Shown: positions 1 through 8,605, counted from the whole stretch's first letter. The stretch is 21,773 nucleotides of DNA, filler included, from an uncultured virus (IMG/VR IMGVR_UViG_2061766007_000461) (2 parts of one record of this genome joined end to end with filler, not necessarily neighbours in it); one strand, 5' to 3'. Notes: generated by a model from the letters alone, not told the origin. Numbers and translations: made by a program.

Positions 1-101
1 CCCCTCAAGTGCAAGCCTTAACTGCCGGATTTCCGCTTCCTGCTCTTTAATCAGGGCAATGGAATCCTGATTGAGTTTGCACCCATCTGTATCAACGTCT
101 T
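1..101 (-). CDS. Fragment of small phage protein (KDVDTDGCKLNQDSIALIKEQEAEIRQLRLALEG)
   Basis: Open minus frame. The DSIALIKEQ motif resembles DAITMLKEQ in 14426..14713. Both ends truncated. Confidence 0.45.
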
Positions 102-172
102 NNNNNNNNNNGCAGGGCAATGGAATCCTGATTGAGTTTGCACCCATCTGTATCAACGTCTTNNNNNNNNNN

Positions 173-825
173 ATCACGGATCAGGAACGCGAATGGATCA
201 ACACGTACTGCAAGGATCATCGGTTTTACCCGGCTGTCATCACGATGCTGTACGCGGGGATCCGGCCGCAGGAAGCCAAGGCAATGAAAATCCAGACGGC
301 CTATGACGCTCAAGCCGGTGTGCTGCACATCGTCGAAAGCGCGCACCGGGACGGGAACAACCGGTACAANNNNNNNNNNNNNNNNNNNNNNNNNNNNNNN
401 NNNNNNNNNNNNNNNNNNNNNNNNNNNNNNNNNNNNNNNNNNNNNNNNNNNNNNNNNNNNNNNNNNNNNNNNNNNNNNNNNNNNNNNNNNNNNNNNNNNN
501 NNNNNAAGGCTCTGAACAACGGATTGGAGCGGCGCTGGTATAAGAAAACCCGGGCGCATAAAAAAATCCTTGCTGCGGCTGAGAAGCTTCGCAAGGAAGG
601 GAAGATCAAAGAGGCTGAGGCCAAAGAGGCGGAAATCCCGCCGTATATCGAATTCACGGTCGTTCCGTATGACCTGCGACATTCTTTTTGCACCATGTGC
701 CGGGACAACGGTGTCGAGTTGCATACCTGCGTCGAGTGGATGGGCCACGCGGACGCGACAATGATAATGAAAATATATGATGAAGTTTCGGAAAACCGGA
801 GCGAAAAAGAGGCCGAAAAACTGAG
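173..825 (+). CDS. Phage tyrosine integrase, catalytic C-terminal part (gapped)
   Basis: Motifs LYAGIRPQEA (catalytic R), YDLRHSFCT (HxxR box variant) and WMGHADATMIMKIY (H, catalytic Y). Start and stop fall in gaps. Confidence 0.92.
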
Positions 826-893
826 NNNNNNNNNNNNNNNNNNNNNNNNNNNNNNNNNNNNAATCAACGGGAGTAGCTGCGTAGACACTTTGA

Positions 894-936
894 TTCATAC
901 CCGGAGTGTCATAGGTTCGAGTCCTATTTGAGCCAC
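894..936 (+). other. att core: 3' half of an elongator tRNA-Met(CAT)
   Basis: TTCATAC anticodon loop, CCGGA, T-arm ATAGG-TTCGAGT-CCTAT, 3' acceptor TTGAGCC-A. No D-arm or 5' anticodon strand upstream. Lies directly after the integrase. Confidence 0.85.
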
Positions 937-942
937 GCAAGG

Positions 943-980
943 AATCCCCGTGATTTATAAGGTCACGGGGATTTTGTTTT
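943..980 (+). terminator. Hairpin terminator after att core
   Basis: AATCCCCGTGA / TCACGGGGATT 11-bp stem followed by TTGTTTT. Confidence 0.7.
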
Positions 981-1080
981 CCCTGTTGGGTATGTCCAAA
1001 ATGCTCAAAATGTATCAANNNNNNNNNNNNNNNNNNNNNNNNNNNNNNNNNNNNNNNNNNNNNNNNNNNNNACGGTAGTC

Positions 1081-1103
1081 AGAAAAACGGCCCTTTCGGG
1101 CCG
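1081..1103 (-). terminator. Rho-independent terminator of the minus-strand early block
   Basis: CGGCCC-GAAA-GGGCCG-TTTTT on the minus strand, just after the stop at 1106. Confidence 0.8.
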
Positions 1104-1105
1104 CT

Positions 1106-1276
1106 TCATTTTCCGTTCTTCTTGTCGGTGACTTTGGTCGTGATCTCGTGGCCGGGATTTTCCCGCTTCAGCTTTTCTATCAGCTCGCTCGTGAACATGT
1201 TATTGTCGAGCGCTGCCTGAATCACTTCGCAGAGGGGCTCCCCGTCAAGGTAAGCCCAGATATACTTCCTTTTCAT
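1106..1276 (-). CDS. Hypothetical phage protein (56 aa)
   Basis: MKRKYIWAYLDGEPL...; GGAGGAGG upstream; abuts the stop of the upstream ORF. Confidence 0.7.
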   Translation of the reverse strand: MKRKYIWAYLDGEPLCEVIQAALDNNMFTSELIEKLKRENPGHEITTKVTDKKNGK

Positions 1277-1278
1277 TC

Positions 1279-1566
1279 TCACGCGGATTCCTCCTCCCAT
1301 CCAACGTACTTCTTGAGGCGCTGGATTGCCTCATCCACGCTGCCGCCCTTGTGCAGTAGCCGTCCAATCATGAAGGGCTTTGCGGTCAGGATCGCCCAGA
1401 TGAAGCCGGTAGATGCCCGGCCGGTCGCAATGTACCACTTCAGCGGATCAATATCCCGCGCCGCCTGAGCGCTGCCGTACTTCTGAAGCAGGTAGCGCTC
1501 AATGTGCCAGAGGCCGGTCTCAATCAGCGTGGCGCTGAGGTAAGTGTTCGCCGGACGAATTGTCAT
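1279..1566 (-). CDS. Hypothetical phage protein (95 aa)
   Basis: ATG preceded by GAAAGGGG SD; operon-like packing. Confidence 0.75.
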   Translation of the reverse strand: MTIRPANTYLSATLIETGLWHIERYLLQKYGSAQAARDIDPLKWYIATGRASTGFIWAILTAKPFMIGRLLHKGGSVDEAIQRLKKYVGWEEESA

Positions 1567-1669
1567 TGGAAACCCCTTTCTCCCGGTCTTTCGCCCGGCC
1601 GGGAGGGCTNNNNNNNNNNNNNNNNNNNNNNNNNNNNNNNNNNNNNNNNNNNNNNNNNNNNNNNNNNNN

Positions 1670-2062
1670 CCCCGGGGAGATCCGGAACCAACGGGGGCTT
1701 CCGCGGGGCCTTCCGGCGCTTCGGCCGGTTCTCAGAAGCCTCGACCTGAGAAGCCTTGAAGAAGAAGGCCAGCTTCCGGAACATCCGCGTGGACTTCTCG
1801 TCGGTCTCGTTGCCGTCTTCGTCCTTCAGGTGAACCTCGGAGCCCTTCCAGATCATAAAGGAAGCAACCGCGTGTTCGCCCTTCTTGACGCTGNNNNNNN
1901 NNNNNNNNNNNNNNNNNNNNNNNNNTGTATCGGTTCGGGCTCCATGATGGTCTGGCTGCTGCCGTCAGGCAGATCCACGGTCAGCGTCCGGCCGGTGGTG
2001 CCGATCACACCGGCGTTCATGAGCTCTACGCTCTGCCAGAAGATAATCATCGCATTCGTCAT
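1670..2062 (-). CDS. ArdC-like (DUF1738-type) ssDNA-binding protein, read across a gap
   Basis: Joining the frames gives MTNAMII...EPEPI[gap]SVKKGEHAVASFMIWK...FFFKASQVE. The VKKGE..IW and FFxxSQVE motifs are typical of ArdC N-terminal domains. GAGGAGG SD; 3' end in a gap. Confidence 0.65.
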
Positions 2063-2076
2063 CGTCGTTCCTCCTC

Positions 2077-2277
2077 TCAGTACCCGCGCCGGGCCGCGTC
2101 CAATTGAATGATCTGTGTGTAAACGTCCTGAATCCCAGCCAGAACCATGTCGCGCATGCGCTCTCGCTCATGCCGGTGTTCGGGGTTGAGCTGGCAGAAC
2201 CTCTCGCAGTACTCGCGCTCTCTCCGCTCGACCATCAGCACCGCATCAATGACATCGTCGTAAGCAACCTTGACCAT
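2077..2277 (-). CDS. Hypothetical phage protein (66 aa)
   Basis: GGAGG SD before the ATG; tight packing. Confidence 0.7.
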   Translation of the reverse strand: MVKVAYDDVIDAVLMVERREREYCERFCQLNPEHRHERERMRDMVLAGIQDVYTQIIQLDAARRGY

Positions 2278-2292
2278 TCTCAGCGCCTCCTC

Positions 2293-2556
2293 TCAGTCCC
2301 AGCCGAACGTAACCTCGGCCTTGTACGGGCACTTCGTGCCTTCGGTATCAATCGTCTTGGCCTTGACGATCCAGAGACTGTTCCAGTCAATGCCGTTCGC
2401 CTCCAGCCAGTTTTCCGCAGCTTCCTCAGCGGCCTTCCGGCCCGGAGCGGTCTCGCTCAGATTACCGAACATTTTCTTAACACCGTAGAAGCTGGCCCGG
2501 TTGGCCCTCTCGATCATGGCGGCGGGGATGCCCACCACAGTGACAGTCGCGAACAT
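2293..2556 (-). CDS. Hypothetical phage protein (87 aa)
   Basis: Open frame; upstream region lies in a gap. Confidence 0.65.
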   Translation of the reverse strand: MFATVTVVGIPAAMIERANRASFYGVKKMFGNLSETAPGRKAAEEAAENWLEANGIDWNSLWIVKAKTIDTEGTKCPYKAEVTFGWD

Positions 2557-2678
2557 CTCAAANNNNNNNNNNNNNNNNNNNNNNNNNNNNNNNNNNNNNN
2601 NNNNNNNNNNNNNNNNNNNNNNNNNNNNNNNNNNNNNNNNNNNNNNNNNNNNNNNNNNNNNNNNNNNNNNNNNNNNNN

Positions 2679-2866
2679 ATATCCTCTCGGATAAGTCCCT
2701 TCAAATACTGTCCTTGGTTCGGCTGCTTGTTTACCCAGTTCAGCATCTCCACGTCTTCTGGGATCTGGTCATTGAAGTTGATCCTCTTCTGCGTAATATG
2801 CGCCAATACATAGTTGGTATCATATGCAGCTTTCTTTCTTTTTGCTTCATCGCTCAGGTTCGGCAT
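2679..2866 (-). CDS. Small ribbon-helix-helix-like DNA-binding protein (3' end in gap)
   Basis: EAKRKKAAYD...RINFN...EDVEMLNWVNKQPNQGQYLKGLIRED pattern, common in Firmicute phage RHH-like proteins. Confidence 0.65.
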
Positions 2867-2867
2867 T

Positions 2868-3062
2868 CTATTTTCCCCCATCCTTTGGCTCTGCCTCAGA
2901 ACAATAGCCATCTACATAGGATATGTTGTGCCCCGCTTCGCAATAGGAATTGCATCCATTCGCGTAAATTCTGCAATGTTTGCAGTCTTTGCAGCGTATG
3001 AACTCTACGCGGTCAATTCCGTACATGTCTCCTTCCGGCGCTTCGCATAGCCATTCTTTCAT
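2868..3062 (-). CDS. Small Cys-rich phage protein (RCKDCKH family)
   Basis: IRCKDCKHC...YC...YCSEAE; same motif in ORFs at 11040-11513 and 14426-14713. Confidence 0.75.
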   Translation of the reverse strand: MKEWLCEAPEGDMYGIDRVEFIRCKDCKHCRIYANGCNSYCEAGHNISYVDGYCSEAEPKDGGK

Positions 3063-3250
3063 TTTTGGCTTTCCTTTCTGTATTTCCCGGTGCGGATCCG
3101 GCGATCCGTGTTCGGCTCTTTTTCATCAATCAGCCAGTCCCGGCCAATCTTGACAGCCGTCTTGTAGGTGCCACGGCGGCACTTGTGCCTGACGTTATCG
3201 TGCAGTAGGCCATTTCGCTCAGCATACTCTTTAATGGTAATTAAAGCCAT
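3059..3250 (-). CDS. Excisionase-like (HTH_17/MerR-type) DNA-binding protein
   Basis: LITIKEYAERNG...VRHKCRRG...AVKIGRDWLID winged-HTH signature; AAGGAGG SD. Confidence 0.8.
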   Translation of the reverse strand: MALITIKEYAERNGLLHDNVRHKCRRGTYKTAVKIGRDWLIDEKEPNTDRRIRTGKYRKESQK

Positions 3251-3273
3251 GGGATACAACCTCCTTTTGAGAG

Positions 3274-3302
3274 ATTGTATCCCGTTCCCGGACTATTGTC
3301 AA
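3274..3302 (-). promoter_or_regulatory. Sigma-A type promoter for the HTH gene
   Basis: TTGACA (3302-3297), 17 nt, TACAAT (3279-3274). A 9-bp inverted repeat GGGATACAA/TTGTATCCC (3251-3259, 3275-3283) overlaps the -10. Confidence 0.8.
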
Positions 3303-4276
3303 GCGACGTGTTTCAGGTAAGAGCTCTTGATTCNNNNNNNNNNNNNNNNNNNNNNNNTATCAATCTTGTCGTGTCCGGCGACAATTGCGACCTCCTGAAT
3401 GGGCATATCATGATTGAGCAGCATCGTGATCAATGTTCTCCGGAATCTGTGAGGGTGGACGTTCTCAACCCCGGCCCGCTTGCCAAGGGCCTTCAGCATG
3501 ATTCTCACTCCGTTGGGAGATAAGCGTTCTCCGCGCAGTCCCGTAAACAGCGGTTCCTTGTAGCTGCGGTTTTTCAACGCCAGATACTCGCGTAGCGTCA
3601 TAAGCGCAATGTCGTTCAGGTACACTGTCCGCTGCTTGTTGCCTTTCCCCAGCACCGTGCATTCGCCATTCTCAAGGTCAACGTCATCCTTGTTGAGTTG
3701 GGTTACCTCGCTGATTCGGCATCCGGTGCTCAGCAGAAAATTGATAATCGCCATATCCCGGGGATTTTTGCAACTTCTCCGGAGCTTTTCAATCTCGGAA
3801 TCGCTGAATGCTTCCCTGACCTTTTTCTGGCATTTGATAGGGCCCACGTTTCGCATGGGGTTGATCATGATGAGCTTTTCCTGCTCAAGCCATCCAAAGA
3901 AAGCGTTGAGCACTTCCCGGATCCCGTTCACGGTTGAGTCTTGCACACCGCGCGTCTGCTCCGCGGCCAGATAATCCCGGACTGTAAAGGNNNNNNNNNN
4001 NNNNNNNNNNNCGTCAGCGGCTTTCACGAACCGCTCAATAATGTACCTGTACCGGACAAGCGTTTTGTCGGACTTGTTCTCGGCCTTCTTGGCGTTGATA
4101 TACGCATCAATCATGTCGCTCGCGCTGCCTGTTGCGGTCGTTGTCCGGGTAATGTCGTACCCGTCCAGATGTTCGTTGATCTCTTCCATCGCTTCGTCAA
4201 ACATATTTGCGAACATACGAGGCCGTAAGGTGCCGTCCACCTGATGCAGAAGCATCACTTTGTCTTGGATTGCCAT
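3299..4276 (-). CDS. XerD-like tyrosine recombinase with N-terminal SAM-like core-binding domain
   Basis: LLSTGCRISE (R), VLGKGNKQR (K), HPHRFRRT (HxxR), AGHDKID (H); catalytic Tyr region in a gap; GAAAGGAG SD. Confidence 0.93.
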   Translation of the reverse strand: MAIQDKVMLLHQVDGTLRPRMFANMFDEAMEEINEHLDGYDITRTTTATGSASDMIDAYINAKKAENKSDKTLVRYRYIIERFVKAADXXXXXXXXFTVRDYLAAEQTRGVQDSTVNGIREVLNAFFGWLEQEKLIMINPMRNVGPIKCQKKVREAFSDSEIEKLRRSCKNPRDMAIINFLLSTGCRISEVTQLNKDDVDLENGECTVLGKGNKQRTVYLNDIALMTLREYLALKNRSYKEPLFTGLRGERLSPNGVRIMLKALGKRAGVENVHPHRFRRTLITMLLNHDMPIQEVAIVAGHDKIDXXXXXXXXXIKSSYLKHVA

Positions 4277-4324
4277 GATAATACTCCTTTCGCCCGGGAT
4301 ATGCCGCCCGGGCCCGGCAGTCGT

Positions 4325-4819
4325 TCAGGCTACGCCATCCAGCTCGAAAGATCCCCAGCTCTTCCGGTCATCACGTTTGCGGTCGGTCAGTCCAATGAGG
4401 CCGGTAATGATAAACCGGAACCAGTCGTTGACCTGTTCGTTATCGACCTCATCTTCGATCTGGTAGTTGACGGAGCTCGCGAAATGCGACAGCTCGTGGA
4501 TCATATCCAGCAGCTTTTCAACATCGTAGGCCGCCTTGCGAGCATAGTTGCGATAGGCCGCGTAGTCGGCCAGATAATCATCGTCATCGTTGTAGATGCT
4601 CGGATCATCGTGATACTGCTTGGACACGCTGTCCACGTTCAGCTCCCAGCACCGGACAAACCGCGCCCGGATGCGGTCATCGTTCATCTCGCAGCCGTGC
4701 TCTTCGTCCCAGATGTAGAGCCGGTTGAATCGATGGGCATGGTTCGCATAATCCCGGATCCCGGATACCATTCCCGCCACCCGAACAAACGCCTTCTTTT
4801 CAATCACAAAACTGGACAT
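4325..4819 (-). CDS. Hypothetical acidic phage protein (164 aa)
   Basis: Long ORF with GAAAGGA SD. Confidence 0.75.
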   Translation of the reverse strand: MSSFVIEKKAFVRVAGMVSGIRDYANHAHRFNRLYIWDEEHGCEMNDDRIRARFVRCWELNVDSVSKQYHDDPSIYNDDDDYLADYAAYRNYARKAAYDVEKLLDMIHELSHFASSVNYQIEDEVDNEQVNDWFRFIITGLIGLTDRKRDDRKSWGSFELDGVA

Positions 4820-4850
4820 CTCAGATTCCTTTCTCCCGGTNNNNNNNNNN

Positions 4851-5290
4851 GGATACTGGCGATGGCGGGAGGGTCAGGAATGGTAGGAAATTTCAGTCAA
4901 TACTATAAAACCACAGCAACGTTTCCTAATGCTCAAAACACAACTGCATGGGGAGATGATGTAAGCGTTGCGTGCTCGTTTGAACCGAAAGTAGTATTTT
5001 TCCATGGCGGTGACAGTACGGTAGCGGGAAATATTTTTGCTGGTGCATTCATTTTTGATTGTGATAACAACGGCAATCATATAAATGCTGGTGTTGTGGA
5101 GTATTTAAATTCGGCAGGTACAGCGATAACAAGAGGCGTATACACGGGATACGATGTTGGTACAGAAGGTTCCAGCAAGGGAGGAACCAACCTATTCAGA
5201 TATTACGAAGGCTTATTTCAGGCAACAAAACAAGGAAATGACCGCAGATATTCAACAACAGACACATACACATTTGAATTTTACGGTTAA
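4851..5290 (+). CDS. C-terminal fragment of a probable tail-associated protein
   Basis: Open frame from the gap to TAA at 5290; G/T/N/aromatic-rich and beta-like; AT-richer DNA. The track ORF 4244..5290 is a false join across the gap. Confidence 0.55.
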
Positions 5291-5308
5291 GAAAGGATGG
5301 TAATAATC

Positions 5309-5668
5309 ATGGCACTCAGACAGATTTTCGTAGTCAACGCAACACAGGTAGTTATCAGTGATTCCCATCCAGAAGGGCTCTTTTCCACGGTCAGCGGTTA
5401 CCCGAAAACATTCGATTCCCGTACCTACAACGCCACGGAAGACAATCCCAACGGCGATGCTGATGCGGCACTGAAAGCGGCGAAATCCGAATACTTCTCC
5501 CGCCTGTCTGCCAACTATTCCGGTTCTGCTACCCGTGTAATGGCAACTGTCACGCTGGAAACCGCACAGGGCAGGACGGTACTTCATGAGAGCATCGGTG
5601 CTTTCCCGGACATGACACCACCGGAACCGGAGTCCGAACCCGAACCCGAACCGGAAGAGGAACAGTAA
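5309..5668 (+). CDS. Tail-region phage protein with acidic (EP)n C-terminus
   Basis: MALRQIFVVNAT...PEPESEPEPEPEEEQ; AAAGGATGG upstream; alternative start at 5297. Confidence 0.75.
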   Translation: MALRQIFVVNATQVVISDSHPEGLFSTVSGYPKTFDSRTYNATEDNPNGDADAALKAAKSEYFSRLSANYSGSATRVMATVTLETAQGRTVLHESIGAFPDMTPPEPESEPEPEPEEEQ

Positions 5669-5696
5669 CGTTTATTGTGACCGAGGAGAAACGAGC

Positions 5697-5798
5697 ATGA
5701 AGTATATAGCAAATCTGATTGTCAGAACATTCAGAGTGCTGACTGCTAAATTCGGACTTTGGTTGTTCAGAAAATCAGCGGATAAGATTGTAAGTTAA
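5697..5798 (+). CDS. 33-aa basic/amphipathic peptide MKYIANLIVRTFRVLTAKFGLWLFRKSADKIVS
   Basis: GAGGAG SD at 5683-5688; below the ORF-track cutoff; lies between two GTGACC-core sites. Confidence 0.5.
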   Translation: MKYIANLIVRTFRVLTAKFGLWLFRKSADKIVS

Positions 5799-5816
5799 AG
5801 TGACCAATAACTTACA
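5789..5816. other. Putative tyrosine-recombinase site (11-6-11, dif-like)
   Basis: TGTAAGTTAAA-GTGACC-AATAACTTACA; the outer 9 bp form a perfect inverted repeat. Confidence 0.6.
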
Positions 5817-5949
5817 CAAACTGTTGCCATGAATAGCCCTCAACCCATTGAAAAATAAGGCTTGACAGCGTTTCAATTATGTGTTAGCGTGATATTGATC
5901 GGTGCGCACGATTGGAACTGTTGGCAAAGGGAGTTTATGGAGGGCTAAG

Positions 5950-6174
5950 ATGAAAAGGATTACGTTTGGACAGTTATTGCAGTATTCAGACCCGGTAGAC
6001 CGGGTGCAAGTGGTTTCCGGTGATCAGGACTGGGAGGAAGCGGACGAGCTGAACGTGAAGTCTGAGCTTCTGAAACCTTTCGGGAATTATGTTGTTCTGT
6101 TTATGCGGCTTGAGAAAACCGTTGGTGGCAATCCTGTTATCAGGGTAGCTATAGAAAAAGAGAAAGGGGTATGA
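5950..6174 (+). CDS. Hypothetical protein (74 aa)
   Basis: GGAGGG SD before ATG 5950; directly upstream of the holin. Confidence 0.7.
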   Translation: MKRITFGQLLQYSDPVDRVQVVSGDQDWEEADELNVKSELLKPFGNYVVLFMRLEKTVGGNPVIRVAIEKEKGV

Positions 6175-6177
6175 ACT

Positions 6178-6420
6178 ATGAACATTGACTGGAAGCGGAA
6201 ACTGACGAGCAGGAAATTCTGGGCGGCTGTATGCAATTTCGTTGGTATGCTTGTTATCGCCTTTGGTGCTTCTGCCGGGACTGCCGAAAAGGTAACCGCC
6301 CTGATTATGGCGGGAGCAACGGTGATTGCGTACATCATAGCCGAAGGACTGGTTGATGCGGCGAACGTAGATACGATTGAGCTTGATCCGGTTGAGGTTG
6401 AGATAAAACCGAAAGCGTAA
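6178..6420 (+). CDS. Phage holin
   Basis: IDWKRKLTSRKFWAAV N-terminus, two hydrophobic helices and YIIAEGLVDAA, typical of a Firmicute phage holin family. Confidence 0.88.
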   Translation: MNIDWKRKLTSRKFWAAVCNFVGMLVIAFGASAGTAEKVTALIMAGATVIAYIIAEGLVDAANVDTIELDPVEVEIKPKA

Positions 6421-6553
6421 CCGCCTGAAGAAGCGGAAGAATAATGCTATCAGTGGTTGCTTCCGAAATGGAAGCAACCACGCCTTGGTTGAAGTCAACA
6501 TTTTATGGTATTTTATGGTGGTTTAGGGTAACCCGAAATATTCAGGAGGAAAC

Positions 6554-6811
6554 ATGGAGAATAAATGTCAGAACTGTGACGAAAAGCAAGCCTGTATTCC
6601 CTTTTTCGCCCACGAAAATACGCTGATGCACTACAACCACGCCAACCGCAGAATGCTGATTGCGCTGGTCTGCGTTTGCGTCACGTTCATCCTGACCATC
6701 GTTATTTTCGTGAGCGGATATACCCAGCGGGAAAAGAACTGGTTGGACACGATTGACCGGATACAGCGCACGGAGGTGACGGATGGAGTACAGCAACAGC
6801 CAAATCCGTGA
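6554..6811 (+). CDS. Single-TM phage membrane protein (85 aa)
   Basis: AGGAGG SD; NRRMLIALVCVCVTFILTIVIFV transmembrane segment. Confidence 0.75.
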   Translation: MENKCQNCDEKQACIPFFAHENTLMHYNHANRRMLIALVCVCVTFILTIVIFVSGYTQREKNWLDTIDRIQRTEVTDGVQQQPNP

Positions 6812-6983
6812 GCTGATCGGGGAGTATATCCACAGCGAGCGTGACCGGAAGATTCTTGAGCGGCGGCTGATTGACGGAATCGTCTTTGAGCGGCTGGCTG
6901 AAGAGTTTGAAATGAGTCCGAAACAGGTGCGGGTCATCGTCCATCGTCAGGAGGAAATTCTCTTCCGGCATCTTCCCGGCTGA
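6783..6983 (+). CDS. Small HTH protein (sigma-70 region-4-like)
   Basis: ERDRKILERRLIDGIVFERLAEEFEMSPKQVRVIV helix-turn-helix; GGAGG SD. Confidence 0.8.
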   Translation: MEYSNSQIRELIGEYIHSERDRKILERRLIDGIVFERLAEEFEMSPKQVRVIVHRQEEILFRHLPG

Positions 6984-6997
6984 AGCCGGGATTTTTT
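6974..6997 (+). terminator. Rho-independent terminator
   Basis: TCCCGGCT-GA-AGCCGGGA-TTTTTT overlapping the stop codon. Confidence 0.75.
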
Positions 6998-7003
6998 GTT
7001 TCA

Positions 7004-7381
7004 CCGAAAAATGAATATGCCTATTTGTGCGTAAAAGGCACATCTTACGCATTTCAACCCGTAGATGGACTCTTACCCATTTGAATTGCGAGACGCAGGT
7101 AAATGCGTAGGAGCTTGGTAGCTCCAGCGGTTTCGGGCTTGGATTTTTTTCGGCTTTCCGGACTGTTTCCGGACTGTTTCCGGTGCGTTTTTACTCCGGA
7201 AGCGAAAATTGATATATGCTTATTTGTGCGTAAAAGGCACCTTCCTGCCATTTTACCCTCCGGATGGACTCTAACTCATTCAAAGAGCGAGACGCAGGTA
7301 AACGCTTCGGAGCTTGGTAAATCCACCACTCCGGGACTTGGATTTTTTCGGTGATTTTCCGGGCGGGAAGCCAGCGAAATT
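7004..7381. repeat. Diverged tandem repeat, two copies, period 199 nt
   Basis: Identical blocks TATTTGTGCGTAAAAGGCAC, GATGGACTCT, GCGAGACGCAGGTAAA, GGAGCTTGGTA and CTTGGATTTTTT at about 7015-7153 and 7214-7351. Confidence 0.9.
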
Positions 7382-7391
7382 NNNNNNNNNN

Positions 7392-8516
7392 AACAGCCGT
7401 CCATGATATTGACCTCATACGTTTTGTTCGCTTCCAGTGCTGTCGGGTCTGCACCAATCCACTTCATGGTCTGGCCTGTCGGCGGGGTAACCGTCAGCAC
7501 GGTAGCCGTGNNNNNNNNNNNNNNNNNNNNNNNNNNNNNNNNNNNNNNNNNNNNNNNNNNNNNNNNNNNNNNNNNNNNNNNNNNNNNNNNNNNNNNNNNN
7601 NNNNNNNGCTGATGGTTTCAGGGGCGTTGAGCATATCGCTGATTGCGGATTTTGCAGATTCGGTGTAGGTGCCGACAGCGTTACTGGACGCAGACTGCGT
7701 GGAGTCTCCGGCGGCTTTGGCAAGGCCATAGAAAACAGACCTGTGTTGTCTGTTTGGTGTTATAGGCTTATTTGTAGCTGTTCCCTCTTTGGTGTTTGTA
7801 TCATTCGCCGGGACTGTCTGTATTATCCCGGTATTTGAGATATTAACTCCATATGCCGTTTCACCAGTATACGCCTTTACAACGCCCGGAGCGGTTGAAC
7901 TTGCAAGTGGAATATTCGCCACGCCCTGACTGACAACGGAAGCTCCGTCTATCTGAACATCACTGACACCCCCGCCACCGCTGGCTTCCNNNNNNNNNNN
8001 NNNNNNNNNNNNNNNNNNNNNNNNNNNNNNNNNNNNNNNNNNNNNNNNNNNNNNNNNNNNNNNNNNNNNNNNNNNNNNNNNNNNNNNNNCATCACTGGAA
8101 ATTGGCAACAGTTTATCCGCGCTCCACGTCTTGTCGGTATCCCCGGTTCCGGCAGTATCGTCAATCAGGATGGTCGGATCTCCGTCCGCTCCATCATTGA
8201 CCGTCTGTGTCGTGGTGCCGTTTTTATCGGTAATGGTAATCGTCGCTACCTTCCCGGATTTGGTGACGGCTGCGGTAGGGGAAAAACCATCGTCGCCGGG
8301 GTCGCCCTTTGAACCGTCGGTTACAGTCGCTGTCGTGGTTCCGTTTTTATCCGTAACTGTTATTGTCGCAACATTGCCGGATTTGCTGACTGATGCAGCA
8401 GGGGAAAAACCATCGTCGCCGGGATCGCCTTTGTCGCCCTTCAGGCAATCCGCGCTCTGATACTGCCCATTCTCTTTTTTATATTTGAGCGTGGCCGGTT
8501 GAATCGTTATAGGCAT
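7392..8516 (-). CDS. Tail fibre protein with collagen-like and ~42-aa repeats (gapped)
   Basis: KGDKGDPGDDG; two copies of GFSP.A.V.KSG.VATIT.TDKNGTTT; IDDTAGTGDTDKTWSADKL; GGAGG SD. Continuity across three gaps is assumed. Confidence 0.75.
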
Positions 8517-8605
8517 ACCATCCACCTCCGGATCTCATAATCTCGTATTATATGCTTCTAACTGTTAAAAATTCTCGGTTCGCATTTCGGTCACAATTAC
8601 TAATC

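Noticed and set aside
52..162. Exact 50-nt direct repeat (52-101, 113-162)
   Set aside because: Each copy ends at a 10-N gap, so this is an assembly overlap or bubble artefact.
868..940. Intact tRNA-Met gene
   Set aside because: The 5' acceptor strand, D-arm and 5' anticodon stem are missing; it is an att remnant.
4244..5290. 348-aa plus-strand ORF
   Set aside because: It is the antisense shadow of 4325..4819 fused across a gap to a real fragment.
5862..5896. Promoter at TTGACA 5862
   Set aside because: No convincing -10 at 16-18 nt spacing (TAGCGT).
7004..7381. CRISPR array
   Set aside because: Only two long units, no 25-45-nt repeat with unique spacers, and no cas genes.
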